DNA of 64,000 nt from an uncultured bacterium (GTDB lineage Bacteria > Verrucomicrobiota > Verrucomicrobiia > Limisphaerales > UBA8199). Made by a program: the position numbers and the translations under genes. Shown here one piece after another: positions 1-11,541 of the stretch. The stretch is from positions 1 to 64,000 of the forward strand of contig CAVVMW010000012.1 of assembly GCA_963749495.1 (NCBI GenBank), given 5' to 3'. Positions within the stretch are counted from its first letter, which is position 1. The number at the start of each line of letters is the position of its first letter. The notes beneath the pieces were generated by a model, which saw only the letters and a program-made list of their open reading frames with translations, was not told the DNA's origin and ran no database searches.

Positions 1-101
1 ACTGTTCAGAGAGCGGGCGCGCGGGGAACTGCAAGCGCCTTGTTGGCAACCCTTCTCTTCGCTTCCTTCGTTTCCTGCTGTCGTGACCCGAGTCTTCGTG
101 C

Positions 102-1747
102 TCATAGGCGTAAATCAGCCAACAGCGCGCTTTCCAGCCCGCTCAACCTGACTTCGCGGCGTTGCGCACCGTAGCGAACGAGGAAGGTCGCGGGCTCTGA
201 GCGCACGTTCCACAGCAACGCGGCGTGTGCCGACGGATACCACGCCAGCACGGCAGGTTCGTCGTTCTCCACAAAGGGCACTTTGCTCAGCGTCGGACGG
301 ATGCGGTGTTTCAAGGCGAGGAGGGCAGCCAACGTTTCCTCACAGGGCTCGAGCACCCCGGCGGCGGCCGGAGCCGTCGAGCGGCTCACAAACCGTGTGC
401 CGCGGGAGACCAATTTCCCTTCAGCGGCGGCTGTGGCGTCGGCATCCGACAGGAAAGTCCAACCCGCCCGCGCAGGGCGGTCCGTAACCTCGAAGGGAAC
501 GCCTGCGGCCAGGAACAGGCTGTAAGGACGGTCGTCCCCGGTGTAGCGGCTGCCCTCACCCCAGTAGTGCTTGAAAGGACCGCGCAGCCGGTGCCCGGCC
601 AATTGCCGGTGAAACCTGGCCTGGCGCCGCATCGCCGGGCCCAGCGTGGCCCAGTGGGCCTTTGAAAAGGGCGTTATACCGCTCATGAACATTGTGTGTC
701 GCACGTCCGCCACGGTGGACACCACGAGCTTGGCCGCCAGATGCGCGGCGGAGAGTCTGTCCGCCGGGTAGGCGGTGGTCTCGCTCCAGGCAAGCTCGGG
801 CACGGCGAAACGGCGGTGAAACAGCGCGCTGAACAGTTCGTCGGCCTTGCCTTTCACCGGGCTGAACGCCTGGTCGTCAAACATCAGTTCACCGACCCGG
901 AAGGGCACACCCCGGTAATCTGCCAGGCGGATGCCTGCCTTCTCCGCGCCCAGATACATCACCATGATCCCCAGCTTGCCGCGTGCCGCTTTCTGCTGCG
1001 CCCGGAATGAACCGGTCAAACCGTCACAGGCAGACTCCACCCACTGCCGAAGGAGCGGCGTGAAGCGGCGGGAACGCACGTCATCCAGCAACTCGGGCCA
1101 ACGGCCGTCCGGCAAACCGGCCCGGCGCAAAAACCGCGCGCGATGCTCGGCGCAGAAGCAACCGCCGATCTCCCCGGCCCGCGGGCCAGGCGGAAATCGT
1201 CATCGACGAAAAACTGCGAGAAGCCCGCCTGGCGCAACCGGCGCAAGGCTTCGACGTTTTCCGCCGTCGCCGGCGCATGCAAGGAAGTGCCCGCGTAGGA
1301 TCTCCCGTCCCGGTTTGATCCCAAGCGCCAATGGGCTGGGGGCGTCAGCGGGAAGTTCCCATCCCGGGCACCGAGGGAATCACCGGGATGCCCGAGCGGG
1401 ACATTGATGACCCTGGCTTCCAGCCCACCCAGGCGCAGGGCCTCCCGCGCGCGGGTCAGCGTCTCGATGGGCCAGGGCCAATGCCCGTAAAAGAAGCCGG
1501 CCAGCCACACACAGGATACTCCTGCCCGCGACACCAGCGCCAAGAGCTCGGGATCTTGCAGGACCGCTTGGGGGTTGAGGCAGAGATGATATTCGCGAGC
1601 TGTGCCCGCGCGCCCGGCCCAAGCGTGCCAGGGCAAGAAGGCGCCGGACAGCGACGCCAAGGCGGCGAGCTCGAGCCAGCGGCGGCGGCTCATGCCACCG
1701 GATCCAGATGTTGCCCTCGAAGCGTCAGCTAGGAGTGGAGGTTTCAT
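102..1747 (-). CDS. Tat-exported glycoside-hydrolase-like protein, split by a frameshift at ~1172
   Basis: ORFs 1016..1747 and 102..1130 join if one G is added at the C-run ~1172, giving VDDDFRLARGPG-EIGGCFCAEH. Twin-arginine signal SRRRWL. Confidence 0.6.
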
Positions 1748-1759
1748 TGCGCTGGCAGC

Positions 1760-4700
1760 TTATAGCGGTTTGCTGGTAATCAGCCCGATGCCCCGGCCTT
1801 TGTTGCCGCAGGCGCAATAGTAAAGATAGAACGTATCATTCTTCGGGTTATAGACCAGAGACACCTTGTGCGCGTATTGCTGGTCCAGGCCGCTGGGATT
1901 GCCGCCGGCCTTGTAGAGCGGTTCCGCGTCCGCGGTCCAATGCACCAGGTCGCGGGAGAAGGCCGCCATGATGTGGGCGCCGCCCCGGCCCACGCCGAAG
2001 TAGAACATCGTCCAATGGTCGCCATCCCGGAACACCTTGGGATCGGAGGCAAATTGCGCATCGAAACCGTCCTCACGGTTGCGGATCACCGGGTTGGCCG
2101 AATGCCGCATCCACTGCAACAGATCGGCGGAAAAGGCCAGGCCGGTCTGCTCCGTGCCGCCGTTGGCGGCGTTGTAGAAGTCACAGTATCGGCTACGATA
2201 CTCGACCAGCCAGGGCTGGTAAATGCAGTCCCTTTCCCATGCCCCGCAGTCGGGGTCCTGAACGGCCAGGATCGGGGCGTTCTTGGCCCGGCGCCAGGTA
2301 AGGCCGTCGTCGCTCCGGGCCACGCCCTCGTAGCCGGGGCGCAGCTCGTAGCCGCCCTGGCGGGGGTAACACCCGTAGAGCGTCCAGTATTTGCCCTCAT
2401 GCCGCTTGAGCAGGCGCGGGGCCTTCACGTCGTAAGACTCGTAAAGGAAGGCGCCGATGACGCAGCCGCCAAAGTCGAACTCGCCCGACGGACCGAAGCC
2501 CATGGCCAGCCGGGGATGAGTCCATCGGAGCAGGTTCGTGCTTTCCGCCACGAACGAGTTGTAGCCTTGGCCATCGAAGGCAATGAAGCTCATGAACCAC
2601 TTGTCGGTTTGGCCAGGGAGTTGATAGACGCAGGGGCAATCCGTGTTGTGAAACTGCTCGTGGCCTGGGATGCGCGGTTCGGCCGGGATGACGTGCTCGG
2701 GGCGGTAGCACCAGCCGCGATACGGAGCCGACCACTTGGCGACGGTCCCCCGATCCACCTCCCAAGCCGCCCTAGAATCGGCCGCCGGCAACCCGCCGGG
2801 CTTTTGGTTCCGGGCGAACCAATCGCACAAGAGCCGCTGCCGCTCTGTGGGCGAGGCGGCCGGCCGGGTGTCCTGCCGGTCCGAGCCGTGCTCGACGCTC
2901 CAGCCGCTCCATTCCCGAAACGCGTGATAGCTCCAGTCCCAGCCGTGTGCCTCGAAGATGTCAATCAGGTCGCTGAGATAGCGGTAAGCGCTGTTGTCGG
3001 GCGCCCAGCGAATGGCGCTGAATTCCCCGATATAGAGGTGAACATGGTAGCGCTGCTGAAAAGCAATCGCCGGTTGAAGCGCCCGCTCGAGCTGGGCCTT
3101 GTCCCACTGTTTGCCCGCGATCAGACCGGGATAGCGATAGGTCGGCCCTGAACGAAACACGCCCTGGTGAGTGAAGGCGTGTGGCAGATACATGTGGACG
3201 CTATAGACCACGTTCGAGACCGGGATGGGGACCAACTTGTTCAAGCCCTCTGGGCTGCCCCATTGCGCGGGCTCGACGATGATGGCCCGCTCCGGATCGA
3301 TGGCCCGGATGGCGCGGGCGGCCCGTTCGGCCAGCGCCTGCCAGTGGTCGCAACCCTCCGCGACATCTTCCTCCACCGGTTCATTGGCCAGGTCATAGCC
3401 CCAGATTGGCTTGGCGTCTTTGTATCGGGTGGCAATGTGGCGCCAGACCTCGATGAACTTCTCCTGGGCCTGCCGGTCCCTGAACAGACCGCTGTCCGAG
3501 CCGAAATAGCCGCCGGCGGTGAGTTTGCCGCCCGGAGGCGAGTGCAGGTCCACGACCACCAGGAGGCCATACTTCTCGCACAGGGCCAGGATAGCATCGA
3601 GCCGCTTCAATTCGCCTTCCAGCCAGGCGTCGTACTGGTCGGCCGACGAGACTCGGCCGGAACGGATGAGCTGAAAGCGGATGAGATTGGCCTTCCAGTC
3701 CTGGCCGAGCACACCGAGGCTCTCGGGGTCAATGCCCGGGCTGACCATTGCGCCCCGCAGCCGAGGCAGGGAGTGGCCCTTGAAGACCGGATGTGAATCA
3801 TCGGCCGGTGGGATCAGCGGCAGGTCCAGCCACGCCAGGCCAACGTCGCGGTCCATGTGGCTCTTCACTCCGCCCGGCGTTCTCGCCGAACCGTTCCCGT
3901 CGTAGAAAATCGCGAGTCGGTTCCCGGCTTTGACCACTGAGGGGAGGCCGATGATGTGCTTTGACCATTCGCAGTTTCTCCAATCGAGCACCACGGCCTT
4001 GTGGTTCCGGTTCCAGCGGGTGAGGTCCCGGCTCCAATAAACCCAAATCGCATCGGTGTACTCCAAGCCATCCTCCACCCCCACGTGGTTGGTGAACAGG
4101 AACCAGGTCTTGGTCTCGTCATCGTAGAAGAGCGAGGTGTTCTCCACCTGCTCCTCGGGCGGCACGATGGGCTCGGAAGGGATGGTCCAAGGCCCGTTCA
4201 AGTCCTTCGTTCGGGCAATGCTCAGGGTGCGTTTGATGGGGTGGTCGGTCGAAGCGCTGAAGAACATCAGGTACTCGTCACCATGCCGGATCACTTGGCC
4301 AGGGCTGGCGGTTGCCGAGTAATAAGTCCCCAGCCGGGTGCGGAAGGGCGTCACCGCCGGTTGCTTCTGCCACGGCCCTTCCGGAGACTGCGCGCAGGCC
4401 TTCATGGTCAGGTAGGGAAAGGCCGGGATGAAATCGGGGGCGGGAGTCACGTGGGGCGTGCCCATGTAAAACATGTGCCATTGCCGGCCATCGAAATACG
4501 TTACCCCGTAAGAGGCCGAGGCCGAGTCATCCTCCCCGGGTTTGCCAAGGTCCAGCACCGGGCCTTTGGTCGTCCAGTGGACCAGGTCCCGGCTGGTGGC
4601 CAGGCAGGCCAACCATCCCTTTGGTCCGGCGCCATCGTAGTGCATGTAATAGGTGTCGCCATGCTGCCACACCCAAACGTCTCTCGCGCCAAGGGCGTCG

Positions 4701-4921
4701 CAATGCTCCGGCCCACCCCCATGACGGAGTACGACGCCCTCGTCCTGAGCTTCCAGCCGCCATCTTGCTGCCGGCCGGCCATCCGCGTTGGTGGTTACTT
4801 CGACGGCGCGCTCCACGCGTGACCCGCCGCTCGCGGCATTAGCCAGCGCGAGACCCGCCAGCAGAACGCAGAGCCAGCCGTGGAAGGTCGTCCATCTCTC
4901 ACATAAGACTGCTGAACTCAT
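1760..4921 (-). CDS. Secreted multidomain glycoside hydrolase: GH32/43/130-like propeller + GH5-like TIM barrel + second propeller
   Basis: Signal peptide; repeated xSxDLxxW propeller boxes; GH5 motifs DLH, ANEP, SVHMY, IGEFS, WSY. Confidence 0.8.
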   Translation of the reverse strand: MSSAVLCERWTTFHGWLCVLLAGLALANAASGGSRVERAVEVTTNADGRPAARWRLEAQDEGVVLRHGGGPEHCDALGARDVWVWQHGDTYYMHYDGAGPKGWLACLATSRDLVHWTTKGPVLDLGKPGEDDSASASYGVTYFDGRQWHMFYMGTPHVTPAPDFIPAFPYLTMKACAQSPEGPWQKQPAVTPFRTRLGTYYSATASPGQVIRHGDEYLMFFSASTDHPIKRTLSIARTKDLNGPWTIPSEPIVPPEEQVENTSLFYDDETKTWFLFTNHVGVEDGLEYTDAIWVYWSRDLTRWNRNHKAVVLDWRNCEWSKHIIGLPSVVKAGNRLAIFYDGNGSARTPGGVKSHMDRDVGLAWLDLPLIPPADDSHPVFKGHSLPRLRGAMVSPGIDPESLGVLGQDWKANLIRFQLIRSGRVSSADQYDAWLEGELKRLDAILALCEKYGLLVVVDLHSPPGGKLTAGGYFGSDSGLFRDRQAQEKFIEVWRHIATRYKDAKPIWGYDLANEPVEEDVAEGCDHWQALAERAARAIRAIDPERAIIVEPAQWGSPEGLNKLVPIPVSNVVYSVHMYLPHAFTHQGVFRSGPTYRYPGLIAGKQWDKAQLERALQPAIAFQQRYHVHLYIGEFSAIRWAPDNSAYRYLSDLIDIFEAHGWDWSYHAFREWSGWSVEHGSDRQDTRPAASPTERQRLLCDWFARNQKPGGLPAADSRAAWEVDRGTVAKWSAPYRGWCYRPEHVIPAEPRIPGHEQFHNTDCPCVYQLPGQTDKWFMSFIAFDGQGYNSFVAESTNLLRWTHPRLAMGFGPSGEFDFGGCVIGAFLYESYDVKAPRLLKRHEGKYWTLYGCYPRQGGYELRPGYEGVARSDDGLTWRRAKNAPILAVQDPDCGAWERDCIYQPWLVEYRSRYCDFYNAANGGTEQTGLAFSADLLQWMRHSANPVIRNREDGFDAQFASDPKVFRDGDHWTMFYFGVGRGGAHIMAAFSRDLVHWTADAEPLYKAGGNPSGLDQQYAHKVSLVYNPKNDTFYLYYCACGNKGRGIGLITSKPL

Positions 4922-5186
4922 GCAGGCCGGAGGCTATCGAATGCGCCGGCGATGGTGCAACCAAATCGCTGGACTTTCGCAGTCGAGGAAAAGGCCCGGA
5001 GTTGCCATGAAGCTCTCTCATTCCAACCAGGCGCCCTCGATCTCGACTGCGTGCTTCTAGGCGGCGCGCCCCGGAAAGAGCCACGCGCCAAAGCAGGAGT
5101 TGATGGCCTGCAGCTTGCCCGGCTGAAGCCGATCTCCTGGCCCACCCTTCGGAAGACGTTTTCATAAGGTCGAATCGGAGCGAGTT

Positions 5187-5990
5187 TTACACCCGTCCCC
5201 TGCCCAGCCCGTTTCGCGTCAGGTACCTATAGCTCTCCTCGAGGGCCACGAAGATGTCCGTGGCGCAGGTGTCAAACTCCACGATCAACCACTCGACTCG
5301 GTTCCGGGATGCACTGATGATGCCCTTGAAGTCCTGCACGCCGGTGCCGAGGGCAAGCATCGGACCGGTCTTGTCGCCGGGACCGTCTTTGACGTGCATC
5401 AGGGGAACGCGACCGGCCATCTGGCCGATGATCCGCGCGGGGTCTTGACCGGCGATCTTCGCCCAATAGGTGTCCACCTCAAAGAAGACCTCCGGGTCCA
5501 GGCTTTCGAGCAGCACGTGGTAAGGATAGTGGCCATCGGGCTGTCGCTCAAACTCCCACCAATGGTTATGGAGTCCGAAGCCCAGGCCGTGAGCCTTGGA
5601 AAAGCGGCAGGCTTGATTGTAGATGTGGGCCAGTTCCGCGGTGCCCGCCACCGTCTGCTAACGAGGGTCCATGGGCCAGCCGTGCCACACCACGCGTTGG
5701 CATTGGAACGTGTGCGCGAGTTCCAGGAAATCCTGCTCCTGCCCTCCTACAGGGAGCGCGCAATGCGCGGCACAGACTGGAAGGTCGAATTCCTTGAGCA
5801 GTTGCGCGGCTCTGTTCCGGCAGAATTCCCCCGCGAAAAAGGCCGTCTCCACGCCCGCAAAGCCGATCTCGACCAACCGCCTCAGCGTGCCCCGGGGATC
5901 CGCCTCAAGCTGCGTGCGCAGCGTATATAGCTGGATGCCCACCTCTGGAGTCCTGGGCGAAACGCCCGGTTCAGAAGGTCGGTCTTTCAT
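5187..5990 (-). CDS. Sugar phosphate isomerase/epimerase (xylose-isomerase-like TIM barrel) with an in-frame TAG at 5658-5660
   Basis: Motifs GIQLYTLR, GFAGVE, HNHWWEF, EVDTYW, HVKD, IVEFD. The two ORFs share one frame (DPR*QTVAG). Confidence 0.8.
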
Positions 5991-6319
5991 GATTCTCGTA
6001 CGCGCTCACGGGCGGAGTTTTCTGCAAGGGGTCCCTACCCGTCAACTGCCGATTCGTCGTTTCGGAGCCCGCCAGTCGCAAGGCCTGCCGGTCGTGGATC
6101 GAATAGCGGACGCTGGTCAGTTCGCCGGCGACTCCGGTCACGTTGCGGGCGATTTGCTCCACACACAGCCCATGGGGTATTGCCGACGGCCGCCCCCAAA
6201 ACGACCTTGCGGGTCTGCAAGTGGAGGAAAGCGAGGACGCACACCGTAACCAGATGCCCCCATGCCAAGCAATTTCACCTTGAAAGCGCGAGGCTTTGCT
6301 TCTACCCCTCGCGCATCTG

Positions 6320-8937
6320 ATGATGACGAATAAACTCCTGTTGCTCGCGATACTCTGCTCCGATTGCCTCGCCGTGGCCGCAGGCGACCAGCTCACGGTT
6401 CGTGTGCTCCCGACTCCCGGCGGACCGCAGATTCATGTCGACGGCAAGCCGGTCGCCCCGCGTTTTTTCTGGGGTGCCATGAACGGTGGCAATTTCCCGC
6501 TTGGCACCGAATGGGCGGAGCACAGTTTTGATTTCTGCCCGGGCATCGAGGTCCGGCAGCAAGGCACCCTTCACTTTCGGTTCGGGCAGCTTGCCGGGAA
6601 GGTCGGCCTGGCCGACGTGCGCGTGCGCGACATACAAACTGGCGAAGATATCCTCCCGGCCGCCAGCTTCGCCAATCCGGAGGTATTTGCCCGGACGTGG
6701 AACGTCTGGCCTCCACCTCCCGCCAACACCGTCGGCAAATGGGAGATCGCTGACGGCGCCCTGCACGTGACTCTCAAAGACCCGCCCGCCGGCCATTGGC
6801 CAGACTTCCACTTCCACAGCAGCCTGGTGCTCAGCTTCCGGGCAGACCGAACCTACCGGTGCACCTTCCGCGCCAGGGCGACGCCGGCACGGGTGATCCA
6901 ACCGGCGCTATACCAAGTAGCCAACAACACCTGGAACAACATCGGCGGGCCGCCGGGGCCCTTCCTTAGCCAGGTCGCCTTGGCCCGGGATGCGGGCGTG
7001 AACTTCGTCTCTTTCAGCGCGCCCGCATGTTGGGAGCCGCCCGAAAAACCCGTGGACTGGTCGCCGATCGACAGTCTCTGTCGCCGGATGATCGCCGTGA
7101 ATCCGAACGTGCTGCTCGTGCCGCGGGTGGGCGCCGACGCTCCCGGCTGGTGGCTGGACCGCCATCCGCAATCACGCATGGTCTATGACCTCGACCAGGT
7201 CCGCCCTGACCATGCCAGCGTCTCGGACCGCGACTATCGGGCTGCCGCTGCGGCGCACCTTGAGCGTCTCTGTCAGCATCTCTGCGAAGCGTTTCCGCGG
7301 CATTTCGCCGGCATCCATCCGTGTGGCCAGAACACCGGCGAGTGGTTCTACCTGGATTCCTGGCAACGGCCGCTGAGCGGCTACGACCCGGCCACGCTGG
7401 CTGCTTTTCGCGCCTGGCTAAAGGCGCGGGGTGAACCCGAGGCCGAAACAGCGACGGTTCCCACGGATGCCGAGCGCCGGGCCCATCCATCCGGATTCCT
7501 GCGCGACCCGGCGCGCGAAAAACGGCTAATCGAGTTCGCTCGTTTCCAGCAGGTCGAGATGGCCGATCAGGTGGCGGCTCTGGCTGCGGCCTGCCGGCGT
7601 GGCACTGGCGGCCAGAAACTGGTGGTCTTCTTCTTCGGCTACTTGTTCGAATTTGGGGCGCTCCAGAACGGCGCGCCTACCAGCGGCCACTATGCACTCA
7701 GCCGGTTGTTGGGCGGCCACGACATCGATATCCTTTGCTCGCCGATCTCGTACACAGACCGTGAGTGGCTCGGCACCGCGCCCTGCATGAGCGCGGCCGA
7801 GAGCGTGGGAGCGGCGGCCATTCTGTGGCTGAACGAGGACGATTCGCGCACGTTCCTGGACGCACGCACTGCGGAACACGTGCAGGAGGGCGGCTTGGTC
7901 AATCTCGAACAAACGCAAGAGGTGCTGCTCCGCAACACTGCACAGGCCGCGCTGCGCGGGTTTGGAACCTGGTGGATGGACTTGCCCGCCCAAGGCTGGT
8001 TCAACGACGCGCGAATTTGGCAGGAAATGGTCCGCCTCCGTCCAGTGGACGCCGCCATGCTCCGCCGGAGCCACCCATTCACCCCGGACGTGGCTGTGAT
8101 CATGGACGAGGACTCCATGTGTCATCTGACGGGTGAGTCGGCGGTGGCGGCACGCCCGCTGACGTACGAGGTACGGGCTGATTTCGGGCGCATGGGGGCC
8201 CCTTACGGCCAGTACCTGCTCGGTGATGTGGTGGCCGGGAAAGTGACGGCGAAACTGCAAGTCTTTCTGTCGGCTTGGGCGCTGTCCTCCGGCGAGCGTC
8301 GCGACCTGGCCGCCAGTCGCGCCGCGGCCACCACACGGGTCTGGTGCTGGGCGCCCGGGTTCATTTATCCCGACCGCCAGGACGCGGCCGGCATCGGCGA
8401 GGTGACCGGTTTCAAGGCGCACCGGGTCAACTTGCCCTCAGCGGAGGTGACGCCGACCGAGGAAGGCCGCCGACATGGCTTGCTGGCGCCGTTCGGACCC
8501 AGAGCCGCCGTTCGGCCTTTGTTCGCCGTTGAGGCGCGGCCGGAGGAGACCTGGGCCAGGTACGCCGACGGCTCGGCCGCAGTGGCAGTGCGCCAACTCG
8601 CCGGCGAGGGTGGCGCCTCGGGGATCGCCTCATCGGCGTCTGCGGCGTCTGGCGGCCGTGCCGGATGGAACGTTTTCGTCGGGACGCCGCGGCTGCCTCC
8701 TGCGCTGTTGGGGGCTGTGGCGAAGATGGCCGGGGTACATATATTCACCGAGGGGGGGTGCCGGTGTGGGCAGCGGAGGGCTATGTGGTGATCCAGGCGC
8801 ATGCGCCCGGACCGATAACCGTAGATGTCGGCCAGGCAACGCCGGTCTATGACGCGCTGGACGGCAGCGCGCTCGGGCAAGGCCCGCGCCTGAGCGTGCC
8901 GTTCAAGCAGGGCGAGACCCGGGTGCTTCGGTATTGA
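6320..8937 (+). CDS. Secreted beta-galactosidase-like (GH42-like) hydrolase with a CBM-like insert; frameshift in the G-run at ~8755
   Basis: Signal peptide; GQNTGEWFY, SPISY, NEDD motifs. C-terminus continues in ORF 8665..8937 (GETRVLRY). Confidence 0.65.
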
Positions 8938-9092
8938 GGGCATGGCGATGAGAGCACTGACGCCGGAGATCAAGAACACCGCGCTTCTCCAATGGCTGGA
9001 CGTTTACGGTGCCACTCCGGGAGTGGGCGCGGGGCTGCTGAGACATAACCATGGCTTGACGAGCTCGGTGACGCTCGGTAGCTCAGGTCCCA

Positions 9093-9627
9093 GTGAGTAC
9101 CCGGATCCAATCACTTCCTGGTCGGGCGGCCCGGCGTGGGCAAGACCACGTTGTTGTTGAAGGTCGCCCAACGCCTGAACGCGGTTCGGGTCGGAGGCTT
9201 CTTCACCCGGGAGATTCGAGAAGCTGGCGGGCGGGTGGGATTCCGGGTGGAAACGTTCTCCGGCCTGTCTGGCACGCTGGCCCACGTTTCGTGCCAGCAA
9301 GGCCCGCAGGTTGGGAGGTATCGTGTCAACGTCGAGGCATTCGAGCGGATTGGCGTGGCAGGGCTGGAGAATGCCGTCCAGGAGGCCGGGGTGATTCTGA
9401 TGGATGAGATTGGCAAGATGGAATTGTTTTCCGGGCGTTTCCAGAAGGCGGTGGTGTCGGCTCTCGATAGTGACAAGCCGGTGCTGGCCACCGTGATGGC
9501 GCAGCTCGACCCGTTCGTGGACGCCCTCAAGGCGCGGGCGGACGTGCAGGTGGTTGAGGTGACTTCAAATAACCGCGAGCATTTGGCCGAAGAACTGAGT
9601 GCACGGTCGATATTGGAGATTCAGTGA
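9093..9627 (+). CDS. THEP1/NTPase_1 family nucleoside-triphosphatase
   Basis: GRPGVGKTT (begins upstream of the called ORF), GGFFTRE, RVGF, VGRY, DEIGKME. The GTG at 9093 is one base out of frame. Confidence 0.85.
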
Positions 9628-9667
9628 CGGGCAAGCTCAATTCCGGTACCGTGGTGGACTGGTGGAA

Positions 9668-9884
9668 CTACCCCAACCGGGCACCGCGGCCATAATCCCC
9701 TTCCCACAAGAGGTGGCGGTTGCCGATGTGAATCCTTCTCAGACCCGCCTCCTGGGCGGCTGCGTGGCAGCGTTCCACGTGGGCCGCAGACGTCCTGGGT
9801 AAATCATCCATCAGGAACGCGGGATGAAAGGCCAGCAGCGAATACGGAATATCGGGGTTGAGCTGGGCGATAAACCCTGCCAGC
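9668..9884 (-). pseudogene. 3' fragment of a radical-SAM (PFL-activating-enzyme-like) gene; 5' part absent
   Basis: LAGFIAQLNPDIPYSLLAFHPAFLMDDLPRTS...AGLRRIHIGNRHLL resembles this family's C-terminus. No CxxxCxxC and no resemblance upstream of ~9885. Confidence 0.7.
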
Positions 9885-10069
9885 GGCGGAAGGCGGGAAC
9901 CAAAACTATGCCCCGTGTCATCATCGGACGAAGCTGAGAACGGGATGTACATTTGGGGGCTTCGAAACCCGGAAACACTCCTCTGCGGCCGTAGAAGAGG
10001 GCCTCGGGACCCGGAACATGCAGTGTATTGATGGGTGACCCGCCAAACACAAATGAACAAAGCAAGAGC

Positions 10070-11530
10070 ATGAAGGACTGGTTCACGGTCGATAAAGACG
10101 GCTTGGCAAAAGTGCTTGCCCGCCGCGGCAAAGCGTTTGCCCTGCTGGAGTTGATCCAAAACGCCTGGGACGCGCCAGGCGCCAGCCAGGTTGAGGTCTC
10201 TTTGAGTCCCGCCGCCGGCGGCCGGACCTTGCTCATCGTCGAAGACAATTCTCCCGACGGATTTAGCGACCTGGCCCACGCCTACACGCTGTTCAAGGAA
10301 TCACCCAAGAAGGCCGATCCAACCAAGCGCGGCCGATTTGACGTCGGCGACAAATTCGTGCTCGCCCTCTGCGACTGCGCGCACATTTCCACAACCACCG
10401 GCACACTGATCTTCGACAAGGCGGGCCGCCGCCGGTTGCCACAAAAACGGCGCCAAGGATCGTTGATCCGTTGCGTCGTACGAATGGCCAAGCCGGAAAT
10501 GGAAGAGGCCTTGGCGTGGACCAGAAAGCTTCTGCCGCCTCCAGGCATTATGACGCGGGTCAACGGCGAAAGCATCGCGCGCCGCCCGCCCGTCGCCACG
10601 CTGCGGGCCAGGCTCCAGACTGAAACGTCAAATGCCGCAGGCTTCCTCCGCCGGGCGGAACGCACCACCGAGGTGACCCTGTACGAACCGTTGCCCGGTG
10701 AGCCTGCAATGCTTTATGAAATGGGCATTCCCATCGTGGAGACCGGGGACAAATGGCATTACAACGTCGCCCAGAAGATTCCGTTAACCCTCGACCGCGA
10801 AGGAGTGGCCCCTTCGTTCATGCGCGATCTGCGGCTGGCCGTCTTCAACCACATGCACGAACAGATCAAGGCCGAGGAAGTCAACAGCCCCTGGATCGAA
10901 CAAGTCGTGGCGGAGAAAGACTGCGCTCCGGCTGCCGTCAAGACCTACCTGGACCGGCGTTTCTCGGAGAAACGAGTCGCTTACGATCCCTCGGACCCGG
11001 AAGCAAACAAATTGGCTGTCTCCAAGGGCTACACCATGGTCACCGGTTCAATGATGAGTTCGGGGGCCTGGAAGAACTCCAAGCGCGCCCAGGCCATCCT
11101 GCCGGCAGGCCAGGTCACTCCGTCACCCAAGCCTTATAGCCCCGACGGTTCGGCGCTGAAACTGCTCGCCCAGGCCACACCCGAAATGCGGGAGGTGGAG
11201 CAGCACGCGACGGCGATTGCACGGGAGGTTCTGCGGCGCGAAATCAGCGTGACCTTTGCCAACGACCCTCACTGGGCGTTCTCGGCCACCTACGGACCGG
11301 GGCGGCTCACCTTCAACGTGGGCCGGCTTGGCCGCAACTGGTTTTCCTTGAGCCGGAACCGCAGGGAGATCAACAGACTCCTGATTCATGAATTCGCTCA
11401 CGAATTCTCCGCGGACCATTTGAGCGAGGATTACCACGAGGCCCTCTGCCGAATCGGGGCGGCGATGGTGGAAATGGTTGCAAGACGATGTGAACATGCT
11501 GACACCGTTGGAAACGGGACAATGAGCTGA
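10070..11530 (+). CDS. GHKL (HATPase_c-like) ATPase fused to a C-terminal HExxH zincin-like domain
   Basis: ELIQNAWDA (N box), VEDNSPDGF, RGRFDVGDK; C-terminal LIHEFAHEFSADH. Confidence 0.7.
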   Translation: MKDWFTVDKDGLAKVLARRGKAFALLELIQNAWDAPGASQVEVSLSPAAGGRTLLIVEDNSPDGFSDLAHAYTLFKESPKKADPTKRGRFDVGDKFVLALCDCAHISTTTGTLIFDKAGRRRLPQKRRQGSLIRCVVRMAKPEMEEALAWTRKLLPPPGIMTRVNGESIARRPPVATLRARLQTETSNAAGFLRRAERTTEVTLYEPLPGEPAMLYEMGIPIVETGDKWHYNVAQKIPLTLDREGVAPSFMRDLRLAVFNHMHEQIKAEEVNSPWIEQVVAEKDCAPAAVKTYLDRRFSEKRVAYDPSDPEANKLAVSKGYTMVTGSMMSSGAWKNSKRAQAILPAGQVTPSPKPYSPDGSALKLLAQATPEMREVEQHATAIAREVLRREISVTFANDPHWAFSATYGPGRLTFNVGRLGRNWFSLSRNRREINRLLIHEFAHEFSADHLSEDYHEALCRIGAAMVEMVARRCEHADTVGNGTMS

Positions 11531-11541
11531 GCAAAGCGAGC

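Noticed and set aside
53..82. Pyrimidine-rich TTCTCTTCGCTTCCTTCGTTTCCTGCTGT, possibly a REP-like element
   Set aside because: Single copy in the window, so repetition cannot be shown.
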